A stretch of 64,000 nt of DNA from an uncultured delta proteobacterium (GTDB taxonomy: Bacteria > Myxococcota_A > Polyangia > Palsa-1104), in the NCBI GenBank assembly GCA_963785725.1, contig CAWAWS010000029.1:1-64000 (forward strand). The letters are read 5' to 3'. This document shows positions 50,295-59,850 of this stretch, piece by piece; the stretch's first letter is position 1, and each line of letters begins with the position of its first letter. The notes under the pieces were generated by a model that saw nothing but the letters and a program-made list of their open reading frames with translations, made no database searches and was not told the origin of the DNA. The position numbers and the translations under genes were made by a program.

Positions 50295-52406
50295 TTAGCG
50301 TGGCGCGGCTAACAATCCGTCGCCTAGCTTTGCAACCGGCTTGCCAGCATCACCGGCGCCGACCACACCGCGCGTCACGAAGGGAACCGAAGGATCGAGC
50401 TCGCGGTAGGACATGACCGACATGCCCGGCGCGTAGCGCTGAACGACCGCGGAGACCTGACGGCGAACATCGGGGGCCACGACCAACAGGGGCGGCTCGT
50501 CGCGCTCGCTCGACTGGCGCGCCGCCGTCTCGATGGCGGTGGCGAGGCGCGACAGCGCGTTGGCGTCGGCGCCGCGACCGCCGCGGAAGAGCTCCTCGGC
50601 GCGCGGGTCGAGCACGAGCGCGCGCAGCTCGCCGGCCGCGGTCAACTGCGCGCCAGTAATTTGACGCGCCAGCCGCTGGCGCACGAGCTCCACCAGCTGT
50701 TCCGGCTCTTTGACCTTGGCCGCGTGATCCGCCAGCGTCTCCAAGATCGAGCGCAGATCGCGGATCGAAATGCCCTCTTGCAGGAGCAGCTTCAAGACTT
50801 TGATGACTTCGCCGAGCGGCAACAGGTGCGGCACCAGCTCTTCGACGACCTTGCCGTTCGTCTTGCCGGCGAGCTCGAGCAGCTCCTGCGCCTCTTTGCG
50901 GCCCATCAGCTCATGCGCGTGGCGGCGCACGACCTCGGTCAAATGCGTCGCGATGACCGCGCTCGGATCGACGACCGTGCAGCCGACCGCTTCCGCTTTG
51001 TTGCGATCGGTCGACGCGATCCAGCGCGCCGGCAGGCCGAATGTAGGCTCACGGACCTGCTCGCCCTGCAGTCCGTTGAGCGCGTTGCCGCCGGGCGAGA
51101 TCGCCAAAAGTCGCGACGCGCGCACTTCGCCTTCGCCAACTTTGACGCCGCTGATGAGCAGGCGATAGCCGCCCGGCTTCAGCCGTAAATCGTCTTTGAC
51201 GTGGACGAGCGGCACCATCAGGCCCAATTCCACGGCCATCTGCTTGCGCAGGCCGGCGATGCGGCCGAGCAGCTCACCCGAGCGCGCCGCGTCGACGAGC
51301 GGCAAGAGGTCCAAGCCGACTTCGAGCGAGAGCAGCTCGAGCGGCAGGATGGTCTCGATCTCGTGCTTCTGCGCCGCCGGATCGTTCGCCTTCGGCGCCG
51401 CCGTGCCGCCCGCTTTGACCGGCTTCAGCGCCGCTTTCTGGTCGTCCGAGGTCTTCTTCGCGAGCCAAAACGCGCCGCCGGCCAGCGCCAAGAACGAGAT
51501 GTGCGGCATGCCGGGAACGAGGCCGAGCGCGCCCAAGATCGCGCCCGCCGCCTGCGTCGCCTGCGAGCGCGAGAACAGCTGGGCGCCCGCCGACACGCCC
51601 GTCGCCGCGCCGCGCGTCGTCAACAAGGCCGCGCCCGTCGAGATGAGCAGCGCCGGCAACTGCGAGACGAGACCGTCGCCGATCGAGAGCGTCGTGAACG
51701 TCTTGGCCGCGTCGCCGAAGGACATGCCTTGCTGCGCGACGCCGATGATCATGCCGCCGAGAATGTTGATGCCGACGATGAGGAGGCCGGCGACGGCGTC
51801 GCCGCGCACGAACTTCGACGCGCCGTCCATGGCGCCGTGAAAGTCGGCTTCGTGCTCGATGTTGGCGCGACGCGCGCGCGCCTCTTTGTCGTTGATGAGG
51901 CCGGCGCCCAAGTCGGCGTCGATGGCCATCTGCTTGCCGGGCATCGAGTCGAGCGTGAAGCGGGCGGCGACTTCGCTGATGCGCTCGGCGCCTTTGGTGA
52001 TGACGATGAAGTTGATGATGACGAGGATCAAGAAGACGACGGCACCGACGACGAAGTTGCCGCCGACGGCGAACTCGCCGAACGCGTGAATGACGCCGCC
52101 GGCGGCGTCGAGGCCTTCGCCGCCATGCAACAAGATGCGGCGCGTGGACGCGATGTTCAGCGCCAAGCGGAGCAGCGTCACCATCAGCAGCGTCGACGGG
52201 AACGACGAGAAATCGAGCGGCTTCTCGACGTGCAAGGCGACGAGGAAGATGAGCAGCGACAAGCACAAGCTCGCGCCGAGCAGCAAATCGAGCACGAACG
52301 CCGGCAGCGGCACGACCGCCAAGCCGAGCACGCCGATCATCGCGAAGACGGTGGCGACGCTGCGCCAAGCAGCCGGCGGCGTCGACGGAGCGGAAGGCGT
52401 GCTCAC
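50295..52406 (-). CDS. flhA: Export gate protein FlhA
   Basis: RISEVAARFTLDSMPGKQMAIDADL, GAMDGASKFVRGDA. Confidence 0.97.
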   Translation of the reverse strand: MSTPSAPSTPPAAWRSVATVFAMIGVLGLAVVPLPAFVLDLLLGASLCLSLLIFLVALHVEKPLDFSSFPSTLLMVTLLRLALNIASTRRILLHGGEGLDAAGGVIHAFGEFAVGGNFVVGAVVFLILVIINFIVITKGAERISEVAARFTLDSMPGKQMAIDADLGAGLINDKEARARRANIEHEADFHGAMDGASKFVRGDAVAGLLIVGINILGGMIIGVAQQGMSFGDAAKTFTTLSIGDGLVSQLPALLISTGAALLTTRGAATGVSAGAQLFSRSQATQAAGAILGALGLVPGMPHISFLALAGGAFWLAKKTSDDQKAALKPVKAGGTAAPKANDPAAQKHEIETILPLELLSLEVGLDLLPLVDAARSGELLGRIAGLRKQMAVELGLMVPLVHVKDDLRLKPGGYRLLISGVKVGEGEVRASRLLAISPGGNALNGLQGEQVREPTFGLPARWIASTDRNKAEAVGCTVVDPSAVIATHLTEVVRRHAHELMGRKEAQELLELAGKTNGKVVEELVPHLLPLGEVIKVLKLLLQEGISIRDLRSILETLADHAAKVKEPEQLVELVRQRLARQITGAQLTAAGELRALVLDPRAEELFRGGRGADANALSRLATAIETAARQSSERDEPPLLVVAPDVRRQVSAVVQRYAPGMSVMSYRELDPSVPFVTRGVVGAGDAGKPVAKLGDGLLAAPR

Positions 52407-52434
52407 TGGGGCACCTTCTCGGTGCCCCGTGAGC
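52401..52434 (-). promoter_or_regulatory. Hairpin occluding the predicted flhA RBS/GTG start
   Basis: mRNA GCUCAC-GGGGCACC-GAGAA-GGUGCCCC-A-GUGAGC. Confidence 0.5.
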
Positions 52435-52494
52435 AGGCCGATCGATCCGCTGGCCCTGCGTGCCGGACGCTCACATTCGCTCGCTGACGCTCAC

Positions 52495-53553
52495 TCATGA
52501 GTTTCTCCCGCGCAGGCGATAGACGTACGCCAACACTTCAGCGACGGCCTGGAAGAGCTGCCCGGGGATCTCTTTGCCCTCGGGGACCAGCTTGTGAATG
52601 AGTCGCGTCAACGGCGGCTCGGCGATGATGGGGATGCCCGCTTTGCGCGCGATCTCGCGGATGCGCTCGGCCACCGCGCCGCGGCCTTTGGCCACCACGC
52701 GCGGCGCGCGATCCTCGGTCGAGTCGTAGCGAATCGCGACGGCGTATTCGGTCGGGTTGACGAGCACGACGTCTGCAGTAGGCACGGCCTGTGCCAGTCG
52801 CCGACGCGCCAATTCACGCATGCGCCGGCGCCGTTTGCCTTTGATCTGTGGGTCGCCCTCCGACTCCCGGTGCTCGCGCTTCATCTCCTCGCGCGTCATG
52901 CGCATGCGCGACATGAGGTCGCGTTTTTGCTGGATGAAATCGACCGCCGACAGCAGCAACAGGGCCGAGCCCGCCGTCAACATGAGCGCGCGGCACAGGC
53001 TCGCCAACAGATGCCCGAGCTCCGACGACGACGGCGGCGCACCATGTGCGACGCGCTGCCAGCCGCCGGCCAGCGCCAAACTTGCCGCGGCGCCGACGAA
53101 CAAGAGCTTCGCCAGCGACTTCAAGGTGCGTCCGATGCCGGCTTTGGGCGAGAGCAGCCCACCCAATCCGCCGAGCTTGAAGGGCTTGGTGAAATCGGGC
53201 GTCGGCGCGCGCAGCGCCGGCGGCCAGCCGAGCTGAAGGCCGATGGCGATGATCGCCGCCAAGCAGGCGCAGATCATCACCGGCGACACGAGCCCGAAGA
53301 ACAGCGACAGCGCGTCCTTGGTCACCAGCATCGGCGACGCCGTGTCGAGCTGCTCGAGCGGCCGCTGCATGATGCGCACGAGCTTGTCGGCGGCGCCGCC
53401 CGCGCTCACGAGCAGACCGATGACGGCGCCGATGAACGTCGTGGCCGAGACCAGATCGCGCGACAGGGCGACTTCGCCGCGCTTGCGGAACTCGTTGATC
53501 CGCTTCTGTGTCGGTGCGTGTGTCCGGCTGTCTTTGTCCTCGGGAGCGGCCAT
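52495..53553 (-). CDS. flhB: Export switch protein FlhB
   Basis: RESEGDPQIK, VVLVNPTEYAVAIRY, APRVVAKG, AVAEVLAYVY. Confidence 0.95.
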   Translation of the reverse strand: MAAPEDKDSRTHAPTQKRINEFRKRGEVALSRDLVSATTFIGAVIGLLVSAGGAADKLVRIMQRPLEQLDTASPMLVTKDALSLFFGLVSPVMICACLAAIIAIGLQLGWPPALRAPTPDFTKPFKLGGLGGLLSPKAGIGRTLKSLAKLLFVGAAASLALAGGWQRVAHGAPPSSSELGHLLASLCRALMLTAGSALLLLSAVDFIQQKRDLMSRMRMTREEMKREHRESEGDPQIKGKRRRRMRELARRRLAQAVPTADVVLVNPTEYAVAIRYDSTEDRAPRVVAKGRGAVAERIREIARKAGIPIIAEPPLTRLIHKLVPEGKEIPGQLFQAVAEVLAYVYRLRGRNS

Positions 53554-54273
53554 TTAGCGTCCGAGGACCTGCGCCGGCGCTTCCGCCGCCATGCGCGCGT
53601 CGCCGCTGAATTCACGAATGAGCGACGGCGCCGACGCCGTCATGACCAGCGCGCCGACGACGAGGATGGCCGACAGCATGACGGCGAAGATGTTCATCTG
53701 CGGTGCCGCGCGCGACGCCAACGCCACGCCCAAGTTGGCGACCAGCGCCGCCACCAACATCGGCGCCGCGCCGCGCAGGCCGAGCACGAGCACTTGGCCG
53801 GTGCGGTCGACGATGGCCGGCAGCGACTGCGTCGCGTCGGTCGACACCGCCAGGGCGCGAATCGACAGCTCCAAGCCGCCCGTCGCCAGAAACGCCAAGC
53901 AGGCCAACACGTAGGCGATGCGCCGCGTCGGCAGCTCCTGCTCGTGCGTGCTCGGGTCGAGCGTGTTGGCGAAGTTCAGGTCGAGGTGAATGCCGATGAG
54001 CTGGCCGGCCGTCTCCGCGCCGTAAATGCACAGGCGCGACGTGAAGCCGGCGACGAGCCCGAGCAGCAGCTCTTGCGGCAACACGTCGAAGAGCGCGCCC
54101 AAGTCACGCAGCGGATGCAGCGGCGCGATGACGATGGCGACGAGCGCGGCGACGGCGACGCGGACGCGACGGTTGAGCGCGGTGTCGCTGACGAGCGGGG
54201 CGGTCTGCAGCCAGGCGGCGACGCGAGCGAAGGCCGCCACGTACGCCGCCAGCTCGGCCTGGCCGAAGTGCAT
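53554..54273 (-). CDS. fliR: Export protein FliR
   Basis: Multi-TM; AETAGQLIG, SRAAPQMNIF. Confidence 0.9.
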   Translation of the reverse strand: MHFGQAELAAYVAAFARVAAWLQTAPLVSDTALNRRVRVAVAALVAIVIAPLHPLRDLGALFDVLPQELLLGLVAGFTSRLCIYGAETAGQLIGIHLDLNFANTLDPSTHEQELPTRRIAYVLACLAFLATGGLELSIRALAVSTDATQSLPAIVDRTGQVLVLGLRGAAPMLVAALVANLGVALASRAAPQMNIFAVMLSAILVVGALVMTASAPSLIREFSGDARMAAEAPAQVLGR

Positions 54274-54551
54274 CAGGGCTGCTCGGCACCCACGTGCGCG
54301 ATGGCCTCGGCCGTGCGCTCGGTGTAGCGCGTCAGCTGCGCCAGCGCCCACGGGCCGGCCAGCGTCAACACCAGCGCCAGCGCCGCCAGCTTGGGCACGA
54401 ACGTCAGCACGTTCTCCTGCAGCTGCGTCGCCGCTTGCACGACCGCCATCACCAGGCCGACGCAGAGCGCCAGCACGATGAACGGCGCCGCGACCATGAT
54501 CGTCGTCACCAGCGCGTTACGCCAAAGGTCATAGATTACCTGTTCGCTCAC
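54273..54551 (-). CDS. fliQ: Export protein FliQ
   Basis: QAATQLQENVLTFVPKL. Confidence 0.93.
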   Translation of the reverse strand: MSEQVIYDLWRNALVTTIMVAAPFIVLALCVGLVMAVVQAATQLQENVLTFVPKLAALALVLTLAGPWALAQLTRYTERTAEAIAHVGAEQP

Positions 54552-55207
54552 GACATCATCCCGCGCAAAAGAGAACGAACGATGAGGTGCCAGCCGTCGG
54601 CAGCGACGAAGACGAGCAGCTTGATCGGCATGGAGATGACGGCGGGCGGCATCATCATGAGGCCCATCGCCGACAAGATCGTCGCCACCACCAAGTCGAT
54701 GACGAGGAAGGGCAACAGCACCATCAGCCCCATCTGGAACGCCGTGCGCAGCTCCGACAGCGCGAACGCCGGCACGCAGATGCGCAGCGGCACGTCGGCG
54801 GCGTTGCGCGGCCGCGGCAGCTTGGAGACCTCGTAAAACAGGCCGAGATCCTGCTGCCGCGTGTGGCGCAGGAGGAACGTGCGCACCGGCGGCGTGGCCG
54901 CGTCGAGCGCCTGCTCTTCGTCGAGCTTGCCGGCCAAGTAGGGCTGCAGGCCGTCCGCGTAGACCTTGCTGGCGACGGGCGCCATGACGAACGCCGTCAT
55001 GAACAGCGCCAGCCCGACGAGCACTTGGCTCGGCGGCGCGCCCTGCGTGCCGAGGCCGGTCTTGAGCATCGAGAAGACGATGATGAAGCGCGCGAAGCAG
55101 GTGCAGGTCAGGACGATGCCGGGCAGCATCGTCACCAGCGACAGGACGATCGCCATCTGCACGCCGCTCGTCGGCGTCAGCGCGGCATGTGCAGCAGCCG
55201 TGTTCAC
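54548..55207 (-). CDS. fliP: Export protein FliP
   Basis: LGTQGAPPSQVLVGLALF, PAFALSELRTAFQMG, PFLVIDLVVA, MMMPP; GTGA overlap with fliO. Confidence 0.95.
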   Translation of the reverse strand: MNTAAAHAALTPTSGVQMAIVLSLVTMLPGIVLTCTCFARFIIVFSMLKTGLGTQGAPPSQVLVGLALFMTAFVMAPVASKVYADGLQPYLAGKLDEEQALDAATPPVRTFLLRHTRQQDLGLFYEVSKLPRPRNAADVPLRICVPAFALSELRTAFQMGLMVLLPFLVIDLVVATILSAMGLMMMPPAVISMPIKLLVFVAADGWHLIVRSLLRGMMS

Positions 55208-56454
55208 GACTTCACGCGCCCCACGGCGCGGCGCAGCGCATCGCCCCATTCGGTCGGGCCGTTGCTGCCGTCGTTGTTGGCGTGGCTGGCGTTGGCATCG
55301 GCGCGCAGCTTCAAGAGGCCCGCGATCGCCGAGTTCGACGACGTCGAGACCGTCGACACCGTCGGAATCGAGGTCGCCGTCGACGTCAAATGCACGACGG
55401 CCGAGTCGCTACGCGACGTCTCCACATGGTGTATCGGGTGCTGCGAGGTCGGCTCGCGGAACGACGCTTCGGCCCGCGCCGGCGCTTCGTCGATGGGGAA
55501 ATCGAGGTCTTCGTCGTTGCCGTCGGCTTCGTGGTCGCGGCCGTTGTCGGCGCCGACCGCGGCCACGGCCGCTTCCAAGTTGGCGACGACGCGCGTCGTC
55601 TGGTCGTTCACCGCGAGCAAGATGCGCTTGCCGTCGGCCTCGACGATCATGAGCTTGGCCTTGCCGCCCAGCGACTGCGACGCCAGCACCTTCAACAGCG
55701 GCTCCTGAACCTTGCCGCCGCCGCGACGCTTCTGCGCGAACAGGAGCGCCGGCACGCCGATGATCAGCGTCAATAGCACCCACCACGCCGTACGCGGGTT
55801 GGCCTTGTGGTCGTCGAGCAGCGAATCGGTCGACACCTGCTCCTTGGCGACGGGAATGCCCAGCTGCTCGGCCGGCACGATCGCGATCGCCGGCGTCTTG
55901 GCTTCGCTCTTCGCGTCGATCTTCGCGTCCGGCTTGGCTTCGAGCTTCGCTTCCGGTTTGGCTTCGCTCTTCGCGCTCGGCGTCTTGGCGACGGGCGCGG
56001 CAATCGCCGCCGCCTCCGCCGCCGGCGCGACCGGCGTCGTCGCGACCGGCGCCGCAGCGACGGCAGCCGCGGTCGCGACCGGCGCCGAGCCGCTCGGCTG
56101 GCGCGGAATGATCAGCTTCAAGCTGCCGTTGGCATCCTGCGCGATGGTCGCCGCCGCGATGCGCTCGGTCGTGTGCTTCGAGTGATGCAGCCGGACGATC
56201 AACCGCGCGTGGGCGCCGCCGATGAGGTCGATGTGCTTGACCGTGGCGTCGTCGGCGTCGACGTGCGCGCTCGCGTCCGTCGCCGCCAGCGGAATCTCCA
56301 GCATGTCGCCGTGCGCGACGACGGCGCCGGCGGCCTTGACGCCCGCGGCGCTGATGACGACGCGGTGGTCGCCCGAGCCGTCGAAGTCGACCGGCGCCGA
56401 CAGCGCGACCGTCGCCGTCAACAGCACCGTCGCGACCAAGAACGCGCGAATCAC
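55204..56454 (-). CDS. fliO: FliO/FliZ-like protein with an extended periplasmic N-terminal domain
   Basis: Signal peptide, beta-domain, Ala/Pro linker, TM, then LKVLASQSLGGKAKLMIVEADGKRILLAV; between fliN and fliP. Confidence 0.8.
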   Translation of the reverse strand: MIRAFLVATVLLTATVALSAPVDFDGSGDHRVVISAAGVKAAGAVVAHGDMLEIPLAATDASAHVDADDATVKHIDLIGGAHARLIVRLHHSKHTTERIAAATIAQDANGSLKLIIPRQPSGSAPVATAAAVAAAPVATTPVAPAAEAAAIAAPVAKTPSAKSEAKPEAKLEAKPDAKIDAKSEAKTPAIAIVPAEQLGIPVAKEQVSTDSLLDDHKANPRTAWWVLLTLIIGVPALLFAQKRRGGGKVQEPLLKVLASQSLGGKAKLMIVEADGKRILLAVNDQTTRVVANLEAAVAAVGADNGRDHEADGNDEDLDFPIDEAPARAEASFREPTSQHPIHHVETSRSDSAVVHLTSTATSIPTVSTVSTSSNSAIAGLLKLRADANASHANNDGSNGPTEWGDALRRAVGRVKS

Positions 56455-56738
56455 GAGTTGCGCCCCGACGGCTCGACGATCTCGACGATGCGGACGCCGT
56501 AACGATCGCCGACGGCCACCGCTTCACCGCGCGCCACCAGCCGATCGTTGATGCGCACGTCCAGCTTGTCGCCGGTGAGCGTCGTCAGCGGAATGATCGA
56601 GCCCGGCCCGAGCCGTCCCGCGATCTCGCGCAGCGTCAGCATGACGCGACCGAGCTCGACGGAGAGCTCGAGCGGCACGTCACCGAGCATGGCTTCGAAC
56701 GACGGATCGGCAGCGGCCTTGTTCACCGGGTCACTCAT
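56451..56738 (-). CDS. fliN: C-ring protein FliN
   Basis: DVPLELSVELGR, RGEAVAVGDRYGVRIVEI. Confidence 0.92.
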   Translation of the reverse strand: MSDPVNKAAADPSFEAMLGDVPLELSVELGRVMLTLREIAGRLGPGSIIPLTTLTGDKLDVRINDRLVARGEAVAVGDRYGVRIVEIVEPSGRNS

Positions 56739-57665
56739 TTACTCGTCCTCCACATCGACAATTTTCACGGCCAAGACGCCGCGGCTCACGATCACGGTGG
56801 CGTGACCGACCAGGCGTCCGGCGACATAAATCGGGAGCGGCTCGTCGACGGCGCGATCGAGCATCACCAGCGCGCCCGGCTGCAGCGACGCCACCTCCGA
56901 CATCGACAGCGTCGCCGAGCCGAGGTCGGCGCGCAGCTCGATCGGCACTTCGCCGAGCACGGCGCGGATGGTCGCCGGGCTCGCCGGCACGACCTTGAGC
57001 GCCGGCGGCGGCATGACCAGCGTCTCCGGCCGCGCCCACAAGCGCACGCGGCCCGTCGTCCAGCCGGAGATGTCGAGCGTCAGCTCGACGATGGAATCGG
57101 TCTCGCCGAGCGCGCGGCGCCAGGCCTCGCCGTCGGCGGAGACGGTGCGCACGTCGCAGGCCTGCTCGTCGCGCCACGCCTCGGTCAGCGCCAGCAAGAT
57201 CGACTCACCGACGGGCGCGAAGATGCGCAAGGAGGCCTTGGACGGCGCGCGATCGGTGCCCGGATCGTTCGAGCCCAACATCTTGGCGCCCAAGCCTTCG
57301 ACCATCGCGCCCGACACCGACACCAGCGCTTGGCCGGCGCGGCCGCCGATCTCGATGGCGTTGGCCCAGGCGATGGCGAGCTGCTCTTTGAACAGCGACG
57401 AATCGGCCAAGTCGGCCGCCTTGGCTTCGATCTCGAGCTTGACGTTGCACTTGCGGCCGAGGCGCGTCTTCATGAGCTGCGCCCAGCGCTGCCCGAGCTT
57501 CAGCGCGTCGGGGCGCGCGCGGTCGGCCGAGCGATCGTCGGCGATGAGCGCGATCGGCGTCGCTTCGCCGGGCGGGCCCGACGTCTGCGCGCTGCCGGCT
57601 TTGTCGCCGCCAATCGCGCTGCGAATCGCTGCCACTTCTGCCGGGTCGAGAACTGCGAGATCCAT
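56739..57665 (-). CDS. fliM: Divergent C-ring protein FliM
   Basis: C-terminal SpoA domain VPIELRADLGSATLSMSEVASLQPG; directly upstream of fliN. Confidence 0.8.
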   Translation of the reverse strand: MDLAVLDPAEVAAIRSAIGGDKAGSAQTSGPPGEATPIALIADDRSADRARPDALKLGQRWAQLMKTRLGRKCNVKLEIEAKAADLADSSLFKEQLAIAWANAIEIGGRAGQALVSVSGAMVEGLGAKMLGSNDPGTDRAPSKASLRIFAPVGESILLALTEAWRDEQACDVRTVSADGEAWRRALGETDSIVELTLDISGWTTGRVRLWARPETLVMPPPALKVVPASPATIRAVLGEVPIELRADLGSATLSMSEVASLQPGALVMLDRAVDEPLPIYVAGRLVGHATVIVSRGVLAVKIVDVEDE

Positions 57666-57683
57666 GACGGTGCCGGACGCTTG

Positions 57684-57700
57684 TGCAAAGCCGAGGCCGA
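57684..57700 (-). promoter_or_regulatory. Putative sigma54 promoter of the fliM operon
   Basis: TCGGCCTCGGCTTTGCA (GG-N10-GC with TTTGCA). Confidence 0.5.
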
Positions 57701-57849
57701 CGTCACAGCCGCGAATTCAGCGGAGTTGGCAGCGCCCGTGAAATTGGCGACCGTCAAAATCGCCGACGGGGGAAAGGTGAGACGAGGTGGTGGCGTTCGC
57801 GCAGCGAGGCGCGTGCGAGGAGCTACGAAATCAGCGAAGGCGAGGCGGG

Positions 57850-59137
57850 CTACGTCTGCTTCAGGTTGTCCACTTCCTGCAGCATCTGATCGGCCGTCTG
57901 CACCGTCTTCGAGTTGGCCGAGAAGGCGCGCTGATACGCGATCAAGGTCACCAGCTCCGACGAGAGATCGACGTTCGACTGCTCGAGCGCGCCCGACGTC
58001 GTCGAGCCGCGGCCACCGACACCGGCGGCGTCGACGAGCGCCTGTCCCGACGTCTGCGACTGCGAGAACAGCTGGTCGCCTTGGCGCTGTAAGTTGTCCT
58101 GCGACGCGAAGGTCGCCAAGGCCAAGCGCGCGATCGAGCGCGACTCGCCGTTGGAGAACGTGCCGGTGACCGTGCCGTCGCTGCCGATGGTCACGTTGGA
58201 CAAGCTGCCGGCGGAGTAGCCGTCTTGGTTGACGGCGTTGACGGTCGAGGCGCTGGCGTACTGCGTCGTGCCCGCCAAGCCCGTGCCGCCGGCGGCGATC
58301 GGATCACCCATGTTGAACGTAATCGCTTGGTTGGGCGTCGCGTTCAAAAAATTGGCGCTCGACGTCAATGCATTGACGCTCTGTAACGAGCCGTCGGTAT
58401 TGAACGTCATGTTGCCGGACGCGATCTGCGTCGGCGTTCCCGGCGTGCCGCCGGTCAAGTCGCCGCCGTCGACGAGCGCGTGGTAATCCCACTGCCCGTT
58501 GCCGTTGTCGACGTAGTAGACGTCGACGCGGTGCGCGTCGCCGAGCGAGTCGTAGACCTCGGTCGAGGTCGAGTAGTTCGACGTCGCCGCGGGGTTCAGC
58601 GGATCGAACGGCGCCGTCGGCGTCGTCGAGGTCGAGTCGAGGTTGACGCCCATCGTCACTTCGGTCGTGGCGTTGGGCGGGCTGGCGCCGCCGATCGTCG
58701 AGATCGCCCGGCGTCGTCGACATCTTGCCGGTCGGGTCGATCGTGTAGCCCTGAACGTTCATGCCCTCTTCGTTGACGAGCGTGCCGGCGTCGTTGAGCG
58801 AGAACTGGCCGTCGCGCGTGTAGTAGCTGCCCTGTTGGCCGTCGTAGCTGCCGTTGACGACGAAGAAGCCGTTGCCGCTGATGGCGACGTCGAGGTTACG
58901 ACCGGTCGTCTCGAGCGAGCCCTGGCCGAACTGCGTCTGCGTGCCCGACATGCGCACGCCGTCGCCGACGTTCTGGCCGGCGAGCGTGGCGCCGCCGATG
59001 ACGTTGGAGAACTGTGCCTCCTCGTCTTTGTAGCCGACGGTGGACGCGTTGGAGATGTCATCGCCGACGACGCTGATGGCGTCACCGTGTGCTTCGAGGC
59101 CGCTGGCGCCGGTGTAGAGCGAAGTGAAGATCGACAT
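57850..59137 (-). CDS. flgE: Hook protein FlgE, one +1 frameshift at ~58700
   Basis: N-half ISNASTVGYK, YTRDGQF; C-half VYDSLG, LEQSNVDLSSELV, QRAFSAN. The span is 1288 nt = 429 codons + 1. Confidence 0.93.
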
Positions 59138-59150
59138 GGTCGTTTCCTTT

Positions 59151-59840
59151 CTAGTTTCCGATGGACAAGATGTCGGCCGGCGACACGCTCGACCCACCGA
59201 CGTTGAAGCTGGCATTGCCCGCGTTGAAGGTCAGCGAGCTGATGACGCCCTTGATTTCGGGCGTGGCATTGATGGTGCTCGAACCTTGGCTGGCCGTGAC
59301 TTGGACGGTGTAGCTGCCGGCCGGCAAGTTGCCGCCGCCCGCTGCCACCCAGTTGACGGCGTTGTCACCCGCGGCCATCGGTCCGACTTGCAGCGTCTTG
59401 ACCTTGTTGCCCGACGAATCGAGCACGTCGACCTCGACCTTGCTGGCCGCGCCGGAGAGGTTCAGCTGCAGCGACGGCGCCGTGATGCCGTCGCTGGTCA
59501 GCGTCGTCGCCTTGGCCGTGACCGTCTTGCCGACCAGCGAGGCCATGCTGGCGTTGGTGCTCGCCGACTGCGCCGCCGTCAAGCTGGTGAGCTCGGTGTT
59601 CGTCGTCGTGGCCGCTTGCAGCTGCGAGATCTGCGCGAGCTGCGTCACGAACTGCGTCGAATCGGTGGGCGCCGACGGATCTTGGTTCTTCAGCTGCGCC
59701 ACGAGGAGCTGCATGAACTCCGACTGCAGATCCGACGCCGACGGCGCACCCGACGACGAGCTCGACGACGATGTGCTCGTCGACGGCGTGCCGTTGATGC
59801 TGGCGAGCGTGCTCGATGAAATGGTTGAAGTCGTGCTCAT
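59151..59840 (-). CDS. flgD: Hook cap protein FlgD
   Basis: FMQLLVAQLKNQDPSAP...FVTQLAQ, LVGKTV. Confidence 0.94.
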   Translation of the reverse strand: MSTTSTISSSTLASINGTPSTSTSSSSSSSGAPSASDLQSEFMQLLVAQLKNQDPSAPTDSTQFVTQLAQISQLQAATTTNTELTSLTAAQSASTNASMASLVGKTVTAKATTLTSDGITAPSLQLNLSGAASKVEVDVLDSSGNKVKTLQVGPMAAGDNAVNWVAAGGGNLPAGSYTVQVTASQGSSTINATPEIKGVISSLTFNAGNASFNVGGSSVSPADILSIGN

Positions 59841-59850
59841 GGTCTCCTCG

